Virus record (IMG/VR): IMGVR_UViG_3300044691_000230
Coordinates: 1 to 63,924 of that record
Strand: one strand, 5' to 3'
DNA length: 63,924 nt
Origin: a virus
Taxonomy: Duplodnaviria; Caudoviricetes
The notes beneath the pieces were generated by a model that was given only the letters and a program-made list of their open reading frames with translations, did no database searches and had not been told where the DNA came from. Both the position numbers and the translations under genes were made by a program. Within the stretch, counting starts at the first letter, position 1. Each line of letters begins with the position of its first letter. Shown piece after piece: positions 19,209-29,235 of this stretch.

Positions 19209-19210
19209 CG

Positions 19211-20125
19211 CTACACCGGCTGCACAGCGTCATAGACTAGGGCTCGATAGGTGGTCGGGTCGAAGGCGACCGCGAACATGGTTCCCGAGACGCCTTGGGT
19301 GTTGATGGCGAACGAGCCGTCAACGGCGCTGGAGGTCGCCGCGCCGATCAACTCCCCGGTTCCCGTCTGGAACACCATCACGGACTTGGCGACGGGAGAC
19401 CCGCTTTCGGTGATCGTGCCCGATATCTTCTGGCTGGAGCCGTAGGAGCCCGGATTGACCGAGGCCCGCGCGTTGACCGTGATCGTCACCGCATGGTTGG
19501 TGGTCGGGCCGGTGGTCGAATAGGTCGCCGTCTTGGACGTGTCGCTGTTGGTCGCGGTGGCCCCGCACGTATCCACCGAGTTGAAGCCCGTCGGCGCGGT
19601 GTAGGCGAAACCGCTGAACACCCCGACCCAGACCGCGCCGGTCAACGAGCCACTGACCGCAGGGATTGCCGAACCGAGCGTCATCGTCGCGAGGCTAATC
19701 CCGCCAACGGCGCCCACCGGGTTCTGATTGCCGATGACGTCGTTGTTCCACGTCGTGCCGTTCTTGGTGAACCAGATCAGCTTGTTGGAGAGGTCGATGG
19801 CGACCCCGATGGTGTCGATGTTGGCATAGGTGAAGATGGTCGAGACGGTCGCGTTGTTGATCACCACCGCGCCGCTGGACTTGAAACCAACCCCGTTGGC
19901 ATCTGTGCCAAGGATCGTCCCCGAGGCCATGTTGTAGCCCCGGTTGACGAGGCCCACGGCGACCGTCCCCGTCAGCGTGGAGGGTTTGGCCTCGAAGTAG
20001 CTCAGCGGGCTGGTCAGCACGCGGGTTGCTCCGACTGTGCCAACTCCACTAGACGTTGCCGTCAGGTTGCCGCCGCTCAGTGTCTCGGTGGCGCTCTTGT
20101 TGTTTGGGTCCCAGGTCGTAGCCAT
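19211..20125 (-). CDS. SPRY/B30.2-like tail protein
   Basis: TWDPNNK..LSGGNLT..YFE..DTIGVAIDL..IWFTKNG. Confidence 0.75.
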   Translation of the reverse strand: MATTWDPNNKSATETLSGGNLTATSSGVGTVGATRVLTSPLSYFEAKPSTLTGTVAVGLVNRGYNMASGTILGTDANGVGFKSSGAVVINNATVSTIFTYANIDTIGVAIDLSNKLIWFTKNGTTWNNDVIGNQNPVGAVGGISLATMTLGSAIPAVSGSLTGAVWVGVFSGFAYTAPTGFNSVDTCGATATNSDTSKTATYSTTGPTTNHAVTITVNARASVNPGSYGSSQKISGTITESGSPVAKSVMVFQTGTGELIGAATSSAVDGSFAINTQGVSGTMFAVAFDPTTYRALVYDAVQPV

Positions 20126-20128
20126 CGG

Positions 20129-21169
20129 CTAGGCCCAGGTATTCGAGGTCTCGGCCACGACCTGCCCCACATCCGTACCGCCTGTCCACGCCGGGATCTG
20201 CTGTATGATCAGGCTTTTGCCGTTCAGGTTTCCGCCTGATACCGTCAATGTGTCGTTGTGGTTCAGCGGGCGGTCGTGGAGCGGAGCCCACAACCCAGGC
20301 AGATAGCCTCGGATGGCGTTGCTGTGATTGATCCTGATCGGTGAGACCCAAAGTGCGCCATCAGACCCATTGGGATAGGCGAAGTTCGCCGTGCTGGTGT
20401 TTCGCCCCATCGCGATTGACGCATTACCTAGGGAACCGCTCGCGGCTTGGTTTCCTGAAGATCCCATCAAGGAGGAATCGATCATCTTGCCGAACTGGAC
20501 GGAGCCGCCGACCCCCGTCCAGTTGCGGGCGGCATAGCAGCCGACGCATACCTGCGTCATTGGTGTCGCCGAACCCGACTGCACGCCAATGGCATGTAGC
20601 GGATCGTTGATGGGGGAGCTGCCGTTTTCGACCGCTCGCCCAATTATGCCCACCGCGTAGGAGTCGCTGGTCTTGTAGCTGAAGAAGTCGCCAAAAAAGA
20701 ACGGGAACGCCGCGATGGGCGACGTCTGGTCGCCCGTCTCGGCGAAGAAGTAGAGGCTCTGCCCGTTGGCAATACACGTCCAAGCCCGGGCCGTGGCGTC
20801 GGCCGTGGTGGACTTGCGGATGACGAGCTGCCCAGTCCCGATCGAAGACTGCCCTGACGTCGGAAACTGCCCGGTCCCAGTGGGCGTGATCGCCGACATG
20901 GTTTCAAAACCGCAGACCCGCGCTTCCTTGGCCGTCGTCGGCGCGGTGTCGTCGACATAGAGCAGCATCCCAGAGGGATTATTCGATCCGGTCGTATTCT
21001 GCAGATAGCCGCGCTTGTTGGTCGTGGTCTGGTTGATCGACCATCCCGCCGCCGTCTGTGAGCCGTAGCCATTGACCAGCACGGCATCAAGCAGGGTCGT
21101 GAGCGAGCCAGCCTGTCCGGTGAGCGTCGGCGCGCTGGCGTCCGTGGAGCGGTAAATGCGGACGGTCAT
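20129..21169 (-). CDS. Virion structural (tail) protein
   Basis: YRSTDASAPTLTGQAGSL..LLDAVLVNGYG..GW; C-terminal RGYLPG. Confidence 0.7.
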   Translation of the reverse strand: MTVRIYRSTDASAPTLTGQAGSLTTLLDAVLVNGYGSQTAAGWSINQTTTNKRGYLQNTTGSNNPSGMLLYVDDTAPTTAKEARVCGFETMSAITPTGTGQFPTSGQSSIGTGQLVIRKSTTADATARAWTCIANGQSLYFFAETGDQTSPIAAFPFFFGDFFSYKTSDSYAVGIIGRAVENGSSPINDPLHAIGVQSGSATPMTQVCVGCYAARNWTGVGGSVQFGKMIDSSLMGSSGNQAASGSLGNASIAMGRNTSTANFAYPNGSDGALWVSPIRINHSNAIRGYLPGLWAPLHDRPLNHNDTLTVSGGNLNGKSLIIQQIPAWTGGTDVGQVVAETSNTWA

Positions 21170-21460
21170 CTAGCCCACCATCCGCCCAGCGTGCACCTGC
21201 GGGCCGCTATCCTTCACGCTCGCCTGCAGGAACCGCGCGTGGGCGTCATCGTCGTCGAAGAACAGGATGCGGACACCATTGGACCGGGCATGCACGCTCC
21301 AGATCGTGCGCTTGCGGGTCACCTCCGGCGCCGCCTTGGCGATCCGCTCGCCCAGCAGTTCGACGATGTCGGCCCACGAGAACCCCAGGCACACCATGGC
21401 GCCGGACCCCTCGGGAACCGGCCGATGATGATCGTCGGGCGAGCCGAGTTCACTGCCCAT
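21170..21460 (-). CDS. Hypothetical protein
   Basis: Packed between neighbouring genes. Confidence 0.5.
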   Translation of the reverse strand: MGSELGSPDDHHRPVPEGSGAMVCLGFSWADIVELLGERIAKAAPEVTRKRTIWSVHARSNGVRILFFDDDDAHARFLQASVKDSGPQVHAGRMVG

Positions 21461-21776
21461 AGGTGACCACGATCTGCGCGCCCGACTTCCAATGCCGCTT
21501 TTCAGCGTCATAGCCCGCGATAGCCTTGAGGGCGTCGACTTCCTCCCATGTGGTCAGGTGCAGTTCCACCCGCTCATGGTGGCTGTCGTCGCGCAGGACC
21601 ACGAGGACCTGTGGCGGCTCGTCAGGAGGAGCGGTGAGGTGATCGCCGGGCGTTCGTCCGGCCCGCGCCTCGTCCATCGCCGCGACGCGGTTGAGCGCGG
21701 CCTTGTCGGCGTTGACCTTGGCGCGGTCGCCTTCGCCATGGACCGCAATGACGGTGAGGGTTCGGGTGATGGCCAT
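21450..21776 (-). CDS. Hypothetical protein
   Basis: TGATG-coupled start. Confidence 0.6.
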   Translation of the reverse strand: MAITRTLTVIAVHGEGDRAKVNADKAALNRVAAMDEARAGRTPGDHLTAPPDEPPQVLVVLRDDSHHERVELHLTTWEEVDALKAIAGYDAEKRHWKSGAQIVVTYGQ

Positions 21777-22243
21777 CAGACGGTCTCCCGAAAGGTCAGG
21801 GTGCCGCTGGAGGTCTCCGCAGAGCCCGGCGCCGTATCCAGAGAAACCACGAAGGCCTGGCTGATCGTGAAGGAGTGCCGGTCCTCACGGTAGGGCTGGT
21901 AGATGTAGTTGTTCAGCACGTTGATGACGTCGCCCCGGAGTGTGACGGAGGTCCCCCCCGAGGTCTGCACCGTGTCATTGGCCCTGGTCGTACAGGTCGC
22001 GGCGCTGTCGCCGAAGACGCTGGGTCTTGGGGTGACACTCGAACCGCCCGACCCGATGCTATAGCCGCCGCTGAACCGCTTCATCGAAAAGCGCAGATTG
22101 CCCACGGCGGTGGCCGTGATCTGTCCCCAGGTCCACTCGTCGATCTCGCAGACCATGCCTGAGGTGGTCTGCAGACTGTGGGCGTCCTGCACGGCCGAGA
22201 CAGAAACCCCGGCGTAGACGGATGCGTAGGCTCGGTTTCCCAT
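21776..22243 (-). CDS. Beta-rich virion protein
   Basis: RBS GAGGAG; Ser/Thr/Gly-rich. Confidence 0.65.
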   Translation of the reverse strand: MGNRAYASVYAGVSVSAVQDAHSLQTTSGMVCEIDEWTWGQITATAVGNLRFSMKRFSGGYSIGSGGSSVTPRPSVFGDSAATCTTRANDTVQTSGGTSVTLRGDVINVLNNYIYQPYREDRHSFTISQAFVVSLDTAPGSAETSSGTLTFRETV

Positions 22244-22248
22244 GCAAA

Positions 22249-22965
22249 TCAGCTCCTCGTGCCGACGAAGGTATAGCGCGGACTACTCAACGTCACGTCC
22301 TGCGGCGTGGGGGCGTAGAAGGCCAGCAAATCCCCCGCCGTGGCGTCATACCGGTTGGCCATGGTGAACGTCGCCACCGAAGCTCCAGCCCCGACGTTCA
22401 TGGTCCCGATCGGCGCCCCGTTGACCTTCAGCGGGAAGGTGACGGCAAGCGTGGGGGCGGTTCCGATCAACCCGAAGCTCTTGCCAGGGCCTCCGGTAAG
22501 AGCCGAACCCAGCCCGGCCGGAAAGTGCTCATCGCCCACCATGGGAACCGCGAACAGTTCAGCACCTGCTGGAGGTTGACCGGGGAAGTCGCCATAGAGC
22601 CGGATAATCGGCTCAGAGGGCCTCGTCAGCGGCCTGGGCTGGTCGGCGGTGAGCACTTCCTCAAGCCGCCCCTCCATGGCCACCAGCCGCCCCAGGAACG
22701 CCGCCACGGACTGTTCCGGGTCTGAGCGTTCAGCCAGCAACGATTCCACCACCGAAGCCGCAAGGCCGTAGTTCGGCTGAAGTTGCACGACGCTGTCGAT
22801 AATCCCCCCCCCGCCCTGGATCGACGCCCAGAGGATCTGGATGAACTCCATGAAGGTGGTGGTCGGATAGACCTGTCCCCCCTGCCCGACCTGACCGAAC
22901 GGGAAGTTGGCCAGCGGGGGCGGAACGGGGAAACTGGCGAGGTCGGGATTGGAGGGGTTGCTCAT
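22249..22965 (-). CDS. Tail protein at the needle position; C-domain resembles that of 10912..11595
   Basis: Follows the gp10-like gene; P.GT...G...TF...AGD.L.F.A..D.T pattern. Confidence 0.6.
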   Translation of the reverse strand: MSNPSNPDLASFPVPPPLANFPFGQVGQGGQVYPTTTFMEFIQILWASIQGGGGIIDSVVQLQPNYGLAASVVESLLAERSDPEQSVAAFLGRLVAMEGRLEEVLTADQPRPLTRPSEPIIRLYGDFPGQPPAGAELFAVPMVGDEHFPAGLGSALTGGPGKSFGLIGTAPTLAVTFPLKVNGAPIGTMNVGAGASVATFTMANRYDATAGDLLAFYAPTPQDVTLSSPRYTFVGTRS

Positions 22966-24380
22966 CCGCTCCCCACATCGATATCGGCATGCGCTGCGAT
23001 GATCGTCCGGGGAACCGGGTCAGTGACCAGCAACTGCCACATGATCTGGCGCCCCTGGCCTTGGCGCAGCCAGCGAAGGCGCTGGGTGTATTCGCCCTCT
23101 TTGCCCATCCCTCGCCAGGGTTCCGCGACCGACCACGTCATGCCGCCGTCCTTCGACCGCCTGAGCATGATCTGCGGGTCGGACCCCTGACCGGTCGTCA
23201 ATCCAACCCCGGCCTGCACGTCGAGTTCGAAGCGGGAGATGAAGATGCGGAAGCGGTCGTGATGCTGGTTGACGGTGTGGATCAGGCCCCGCATGGGATT
23301 GCCGTACTCGGTGTAGACGGTCCAGTCGACCGCCCCCAAACGTCCGTCAATCGCGTCCCCCACCAGGATTTTGTTGTAGATCTCCACCGCGCAGCGCGCC
23401 CGCCAGCGGCCCAGCGAGATAAACCCCTCGTCCACGCTGTCGCGGTCGTGCCACTTTCCGGTGGAGATGTCGAAGCCGACGGTTTCCTGCAAACCCGTAA
23501 GCGTCAGGTACACCAGTTTGTGGCCCTGGATCGTGAAGCTGAAAACCTCTGCGTTAGCAAGGTCGTTATCCCTGGAAATCAGCGTTTCGATGGGATGGGT
23601 GGAGACCCGGACTGGAACGTTGGCCTGCAGGCGGTAATACACCTTGTCGGCGCCGAGGAAGAAGATCGCCCCGTCCTGCTTGGTGATCGAATAGGGGCTT
23701 TCGCAGCCGTAGTTGATGATCCCGCCGGCGTACCTCTGGAACGGAAAGTCGTTGGTCCCGGCGTCGTACCAGAGCTCGATATGTCCCGAGGCCATGACGA
23801 ACAGCAGTTGCAGGTTCTGCACCGTGGCCACGACGAACCCTGGCTGACCCTCCGCCGAAGCGAAGTCCAGGCCGTTGTACGTCAGCCCGTCATAGAGGGC
23901 GGAGAGGAAGAATTCGTTGGTCCCCGCGCGGTCGAGAATGAAATAGCCGTCCATGAAGATGACGGTGAAGGCGGGGTAAAACGCCGCGGAAGTAATCAGG
24001 GTGAAGGCGTTGGTCGCCAGGGTGTAAATCCAACCCTGCACGCCGTTGACCACGATCAGCTGCACGCCGTTGTCGCTCATGCCCACCGGATTGTTCCCGG
24101 TGATCCCCGAGCCCAGCAGTGTCTCAAGCCCCGTGGCGTCGACGCTGTAGAGTTCCTCCCCGGAGACGAAGTAGGCCAGCCCGTTGAAGTTCCAGCCGCC
24201 CCGGCTTGGCCCCGTCCCGGCGCTGGAGAACGCCCCGACACCGGGAGCCCCGAACAGCGGCGCCGCGCCCTTGGAATCGGGCGGTTGGCGCTCGGTCAAG
24301 AAGTTCAGCAGCTTCTGGTTTGAGAGTTGCGGCGCCCGACTGACCGCCGTCTCAACCGCGAGTAAGATCGGGGGTGACAT
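22962..24380 (-). CDS. P22 gp10-like tail hub / packaged-DNA stabilisation protein
   Basis: LFGAPG, DNGVQL, MDGYF, IELWY..G..FPF, SKDGG.TWS..G..GEY..R..W.RQG. Confidence 0.85.
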   Translation of the reverse strand: MSPPILLAVETAVSRAPQLSNQKLLNFLTERQPPDSKGAAPLFGAPGVGAFSSAGTGPSRGGWNFNGLAYFVSGEELYSVDATGLETLLGSGITGNNPVGMSDNGVQLIVVNGVQGWIYTLATNAFTLITSAAFYPAFTVIFMDGYFILDRAGTNEFFLSALYDGLTYNGLDFASAEGQPGFVVATVQNLQLLFVMASGHIELWYDAGTNDFPFQRYAGGIINYGCESPYSITKQDGAIFFLGADKVYYRLQANVPVRVSTHPIETLISRDNDLANAEVFSFTIQGHKLVYLTLTGLQETVGFDISTGKWHDRDSVDEGFISLGRWRARCAVEIYNKILVGDAIDGRLGAVDWTVYTEYGNPMRGLIHTVNQHHDRFRIFISRFELDVQAGVGLTTGQGSDPQIMLRRSKDGGMTWSVAEPWRGMGKEGEYTQRLRWLRQGQGRQIMWQLLVTDPVPRTIIAAHADIDVGSG

Positions 24381-24385
24381 TGAAC

Positions 24386-25360
24386 CTAATACCCCAGCGA
24401 ATTGGTGTAATCCAAACCGAACTGAACGTCCTCGCTCTCGCGGTCGTAGCTGAGCACCACGTCGCCCCATTGCTCCGCCATCTTCTCTATCATCGCCCAC
24501 TTGGCGGGGGGCACGCTGTAGCTGGGTCCCATCTCGTGGGCGAGGTTCCAGATCAGCGGATTGATCCACTCCTGCGGAAAGTCGGACGTGTCGTTGGGAA
24601 CCAGATAGTCCTGAAGAGGCCGATACCACGTGAAGCGCACCGCCCAGTTCGAGGCGATCGGCACGGGCCAGACGTAGAAATAGCCCTGATCCCTCTGCGG
24701 CGAATAGAACCACTGCGTTGGAACCCCGGGGGACAGCTTGTTGGGAAGGTCCATGTAGCCCTGCCGCGACAGGACGGTCATGGGCGTCTCGGAGGGTCCC
24801 GCCCCTCCAGTGGGCTGGAAGGTCAGCAGACGGGCCTTGGGGACCTTCAGGGGCCGCAGGATGGGGGTCGTATAGACCAAGACGAAGTTGCCCCCGCTGG
24901 CGGAACTTGGAAGCGGGTCGGCAAGCGTGATCGAGGTGTCCGAAACCGCCGAAACCGTGCTCCAGAAGGTCAGGCCGCTATCCAGCACCACCCCGATCGA
25001 ATCGTTGACGCTGACCCCCAGAACGAGCGCGAAGGGAAGGTCTGGCGAGCCAGCGAGAACCGAGGATTGCAGGCTCAGTTGCTCCCACTGGTCCGCATCG
25101 GAGGTGTGCGCCGTCCCTCCATTGCCAATCACGTACTTGGGCTGACCGACCTGAAGGAACAGGATCGCTTCCTGCTCGGTCCAGACATGCAGCCCCGTGG
25201 CCTCCAGCGACTTGACCATGGCGTTGAGCTGGAAGACGCCATCAGAATATTGCTGGCCCGTGGGTTCCTCGTCCTCCGCGATCGCTCCGACGTTGATCAG
25301 CGACTGGCGGACCATGAAGGTCACGGCCGGGTTCCAGGTTGAAACGCCGCTGACGGTCAT
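24386..25360 (-). CDS. P22 gp4-like head-tail adaptor
   Basis: LNAMV..G.H.W; Y.DLPNK..GVP..Y; FPQEW..LIWNLA. Confidence 0.75.
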   Translation of the reverse strand: MTVSGVSTWNPAVTFMVRQSLINVGAIAEDEEPTGQQYSDGVFQLNAMVKSLEATGLHVWTEQEAILFLQVGQPKYVIGNGGTAHTSDADQWEQLSLQSSVLAGSPDLPFALVLGVSVNDSIGVVLDSGLTFWSTVSAVSDTSITLADPLPSSASGGNFVLVYTTPILRPLKVPKARLLTFQPTGGAGPSETPMTVLSRQGYMDLPNKLSPGVPTQWFYSPQRDQGYFYVWPVPIASNWAVRFTWYRPLQDYLVPNDTSDFPQEWINPLIWNLAHEMGPSYSVPPAKWAMIEKMAEQWGDVVLSYDRESEDVQFGLDYTNSLGY

Positions 25361-26700
25361 GGAATCGTCACCCCGTTGGTCATGTTGATGTTGCCGCTGC
25401 GCGTGACGGTTCCAGGGGCGAGTGCGTACGGACCATAGTACAGGGAGATGGTCTCCGACCCCTGACTTTGCGACGGCGTGATGGTGTACGTCCCCGTCCC
25501 TCCGGTCCCGCTCCCACCGTTGGGATACACCAGGCGCGTTCCGGTCGTCAGGGGTGTGGGTGAGCCAAAGAGCGATCCCTGCTGGCCTGAACTGGTGGCG
25601 ACGTTGCCGCTCGTGATGCCGGTGACGGTCATCAGCGTAGTCGTGGTCGAGGCGGTGAAGACGCCAAGAGAAGTTGGAGCGCCATTGTTGAAGAGGTTGA
25701 AACCCGGCGTCAGGCCTGTGGGGTCGATGTAGTTGGATGTGATGTTGGCCGCCGCCGACGTCGCCAGCTGTTCCATTGAGATGCTGTAGAAGTAGTGGAC
25801 GCCGAGGAGCCCGGTCCCCGTCCCCAGCATGACTTCGGTGTTGTTCGCCAGGGTGATCCCCAGGAAGGTGGGGACGAAGAAGTTATCTCCGAAGGTCAGG
25901 CCCTGCGTGGCGTAACCGAGAGCATCGTCGTACATGATCGTGTTGAACTCGACATCCACCGTGATGCTGGCGAAGGAGTCAAAGCACTGGATCAGATCGG
26001 GGTGCGCGGCCGGGTAGGCCGACCCGTTGGTGTTGAAGGAATTGTACTTGACGACGATGGTGTGAGCACCCGCCGTGGCGTTGGTGTCGATGTAGTCGGC
26101 GGAGCTATTGAGGAAGCGGTTGTACTCGATCGTCGCCGTGCCAGACTGGTTGGTCAGGTCCAGCATCGCCCCTGAGCTGGTGGTGGTGTTGTTGCCGTCG
26201 ACATTGTTGAATTCGAAAGTGACGTTTCCGCAGCCGCTTGCCCCATAAAGCGGGTCGATCCCGGAGGCGTTCGCCCCCATCTTGAACTTAGTGTTGGTGA
26301 CGGTGATGTCGCCGGTTTGACAGTAAATGCCGACCCCGCCACCCTGGGTTAAATCCCAACCGTTGAGCGTGGACCCCCCATTGGTGACAATCTGGTGCGT
26401 GCTGGCGTTGTACGACGCCCCCGAAGGCATCGCGTCCACACCGGGAACCTTGAACACGCTCACGTTGGACTGGAGTCCTAGCCCATAGCCTGGACTGACG
26501 TCGGCAACATTCCACGGTGGATGAGCCGGGTAGCCAACGAGCAGTGCGGGATATAGGGGGGAGGAATTAGGTGCTCCGGAGAGCCCGTCAGCATAGCCGC
26601 CAGAAGAACTTATTGCGGCCGGCCCAGCGCCCGTGAGCGGCAGCGTCTGAGCGTGTGAGACGCCGCCGAGCAGGACCAGGAGAAGGCTGAGGCGGCGCAT
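25357..26700 (-). CDS. Signal-peptide-bearing beta-helix-like protein
   Basis: MRRLSLLLVLLGGVSHA/QT; repeated I(E/K)YN/FN strands; HPDLIQ. Confidence 0.7.
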   Translation of the reverse strand: MRRLSLLLVLLGGVSHAQTLPLTGAGPAAISSSGGYADGLSGAPNSSPLYPALLVGYPAHPPWNVADVSPGYGLGLQSNVSVFKVPGVDAMPSGASYNASTHQIVTNGGSTLNGWDLTQGGGVGIYCQTGDITVTNTKFKMGANASGIDPLYGASGCGNVTFEFNNVDGNNTTTSSGAMLDLTNQSGTATIEYNRFLNSSADYIDTNATAGAHTIVVKYNSFNTNGSAYPAAHPDLIQCFDSFASITVDVEFNTIMYDDALGYATQGLTFGDNFFVPTFLGITLANNTEVMLGTGTGLLGVHYFYSISMEQLATSAAANITSNYIDPTGLTPGFNLFNNGAPTSLGVFTASTTTTLMTVTGITSGNVATSSGQQGSLFGSPTPLTTGTRLVYPNGGSGTGGTGTYTITPSQSQGSETISLYYGPYALAPGTVTRSGNINMTNGVTIP

Positions 26701-27431
26701 TAGAACTGTGCGGCGGTCAGGCTTCCGCCAACGCTCGCGCTCGTCGATGTGGTGACACAAAGCGCCTTTCCAGCAGGCACGATGTCGACCGGACCAAGAC
26801 CGGCGCCTGCAACCAGTCCGCCCCCGTTGGAGCCGATCGGAATCGGCCCATCGAGCGTGGTCGTACCGGTTCCACAATTGGATCCGGTCCCATAGACCAG
26901 CGTCACATTCACGGCCGCAGCGGCGATAAAATGGTAGTGGGTCACGTAGATCTTCGTCGACCCCGAGACGGCGATCAATTGCGTGGTCGTGGCCGAAGCG
27001 AGGCTGATCGGGACGGTGGCATCGCCCTGGATGATCGGAGCGATGACACCACTTCCCTTCGCGCCGACTTGCACGGAAGACCCGGGCGAGGCCGAGCCGT
27101 TGGTGGTGACCACGGAGGTAAGAGCGGCATTCGTGACCGCAGGTGTGCCGTTGATGTGCACGTCCAGAGAACCGTCAGTCTCTCCCGCCAAGCCCTTCAG
27201 GTTGCCGCTGTTGAGCACGCCGATGTAGGTCGCCTGGGATGGGATGGTCGATCCCGTCGCCCCCACCGAACTGTTCGAACCTGGAGAACAGCCCACCTGG
27301 CAGTTGATGTTGAGGTTTCCGGGGGTGTCCACCGTGGCCCGGTTGCCGTTGGCGCCGGAGATGGTGACCAGCGAGGCCGCCACGGCAAGACCAGGGATCA
27401 GCGCGAGACAGAAGGCGATCAGGATTTTCAT
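26700..27431 (-). CDS. Signal-peptide-bearing Ser/Thr/Gly-rich protein
   Basis: MKILIAFCLALIPGLAVA/AS; ATGA-coupled start. Confidence 0.7.
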   Translation of the reverse strand: MKILIAFCLALIPGLAVAASLVTISGANGNRATVDTPGNLNINCQVGCSPGSNSSVGATGSTIPSQATYIGVLNSGNLKGLAGETDGSLDVHINGTPAVTNAALTSVVTTNGSASPGSSVQVGAKGSGVIAPIIQGDATVPISLASATTTQLIAVSGSTKIYVTHYHFIAAAAVNVTLVYGTGSNCGTGTTTLDGPIPIGSNGGGLVAGAGLGPVDIVPAGKALCVTTSTSASVGGSLTAAQF

Positions 27432-27817
27432 TGGTAGTAGCTCGCGTTGAGGATGCCGCCTGCGGTGGTCTGGATGAATTTTACGGCCGCCATGGAAAGG
27501 CCAGCGAAGATCATGGTCTGAGTAGAGGGTAGCAGCATGCCCACCGCAGCCCCCGGAGCCACACCATCGTCGCGCCAGCGCAGGTCCACGGTTTCGGCTT
27601 GGACGATGGCATAGGTGGACCCGGCCGGAACCGTAAGGCCGATCGAAGCCGTCAGGTCGGTGATCTGCTGGTAGCCCTTGGGCGTAGCCCCATAGGACGC
27701 CGGCAGGCTCAAGGGTGTGAGGAACCCCGACAACGAGCCATTTGACGACCACATCTGCACTGACCGCTGGACGCGGTTGCCGTCGAGAATGGTCAGTTGA
27801 ACGATGCCGCCAGCCAT
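27428..27817 (-). CDS. Virion-module protein
   Basis: LRWRDDGVAP..VGM motif. Confidence 0.65.
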   Translation of the reverse strand: MAGGIVQLTILDGNRVQRSVQMWSSNGSLSGFLTPLSLPASYGATPKGYQQITDLTASIGLTVPAGSTYAIVQAETVDLRWRDDGVAPGAAVGMLLPSTQTMIFAGLSMAAVKFIQTTAGGILNASYYQ

Positions 27818-28353
27818 CAGATGATCCCCAGAACAAGGTACTGGCTATCAGCATCCGCGCTGAAGTCCAAAGACGGGCCTGATGTGGGGGTCGCCGTCCC
27901 GGTTCCAGGCGCGTAGTCGACGAAGAGATTGCCTGACGCGGCCATGTTCGGCATGGGGGCAGCCAGGATCACACCCCCACTGGTCACCTGGGCGATGGTG
28001 GTGCGGAAGATGTCGCCGCTGTCGGTCCCCATCACGATACCGCAGGGGTCGCCAGCGTTCAGGCGCGCGATGCTCTCCAGAGGCACGAACACGGCGCCGA
28101 TAGAAAGCGCGTCCTCGATTTCGATGTATAGCGGGCCGACGAAGGTGTTGGGGGCGAGCGGACGGGCGTCGGGGACGGTCTGGTCGTCTTTTACGCCCCG
28201 GACGAGGTCTTGGGGTTGGCGCGCTTCCCAGACGCTCTCGTCGACGATCAGACCTGTCCACTCCTTGCGCGTTCGCTCGGCGCGCTGTGGAAAGCCCGTC
28301 CGGTCATCGACGCGATACCAGGACCCAGGACGATACGATAGGCGGCGCCCCAT
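27817..28353 (-). CDS. Conserved head-module protein
   Basis: DDRTGF..KEWTGL..WE.RQPQD.V....DDQ.VP..RP. Confidence 0.65.
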   Translation of the reverse strand: MGRRLSYRPGSWYRVDDRTGFPQRAERTRKEWTGLIVDESVWEARQPQDLVRGVKDDQTVPDARPLAPNTFVGPLYIEIEDALSIGAVFVPLESIARLNAGDPCGIVMGTDSGDIFRTTIAQVTSGGVILAAPMPNMAASGNLFVDYAPGTGTATPTSGPSLDFSADADSQYLVLGII

Positions 28354-28356
28354 CGA

Positions 28357-29235
28357 TCACCGCCAGCTCGCCGTCAGATCGGGGGCCACTGTCCCTGTCG
28401 TCACGATGGTCAGGCCGGTGGCGAACGTCACGTCATAGGTCTGGCAACCCAGCAGCGCGAGGGTGTTCAGCGTGGCGATCTTGGTTCCTGAGCCAGCGGT
28501 GTTGTCATACACCGTGGCGGAGGAAGCGACCGTTCCCAGTGCATTGACGCAGATGGTGTGCAATACCCCCCCGCCGCTCTTGGGCGTCGTCGTCGTGGCG
28601 GTGGTGATGTTGGTGTAGGAGTTGCCGCCCGTGACCGTGGGAAGCGGCGTGCCGGTCGCTGCGCCCTGGACGGTGATTACGTCCGCCGACGGGGTTCCAG
28701 CGGTCCCCAGCGCCGGCTGCTTGGCCGCCGTGGAACAGAGCGCGCACTGGATCGCGAAGGTTCCCGCATTGGTCACGGCGGTCGAGGGCGCGGTGTCCAC
28801 GATGATGTGGAACGGCGTGTTGTCCGAGGCGATCGTCACCCGCTGCGAACCCGTCCCGGTCACCCCATTGCCGCGCAGCAGGGTCACCCCGCCCACCGAG
28901 GCGATGTCGACCTGCGCCGCGAAGATCGACCCGGAGGGATTGACCCCCGTCTGGCCCACCAGATTGCCGCCGAAGTTCACCCCGTCATAGGCCGCCGAGC
29001 CTGGAACAGGGTTGCCCGTGGTTCCGGTCGCATCGTCGGTGAAGGTGCCGCTCGCCGACGCTGACGTGCAGGTCAGGCCGGCGGTGTCCTGCGTCACGGC
29101 GCGGGTGAAACCGGCCGAGTAGGTCGCGGGCGGGGTGCCGCAGGAGGACACCACCACGGCGCTCTGCGCATGCACCCCAGAGGCGATCCAGAGCGATGTG
29201 GCCAGGACGGCGAAGGCGAGGAGGAGATTGCGCAT
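28357..29235 (-). CDS. Signal-peptide-bearing Thr/Gly-rich protein
   Basis: MRNLLLAFAVLATSLWIASGVHA/QS; TGATG-coupled start. Confidence 0.7.
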   Translation of the reverse strand: MRNLLLAFAVLATSLWIASGVHAQSAVVVSSCGTPPATYSAGFTRAVTQDTAGLTCTSASASGTFTDDATGTTGNPVPGSAAYDGVNFGGNLVGQTGVNPSGSIFAAQVDIASVGGVTLLRGNGVTGTGSQRVTIASDNTPFHIIVDTAPSTAVTNAGTFAIQCALCSTAAKQPALGTAGTPSADVITVQGAATGTPLPTVTGGNSYTNITTATTTTPKSGGGVLHTICVNALGTVASSATVYDNTAGSGTKIATLNTLALLGCQTYDVTFATGLTIVTTGTVAPDLTASWR

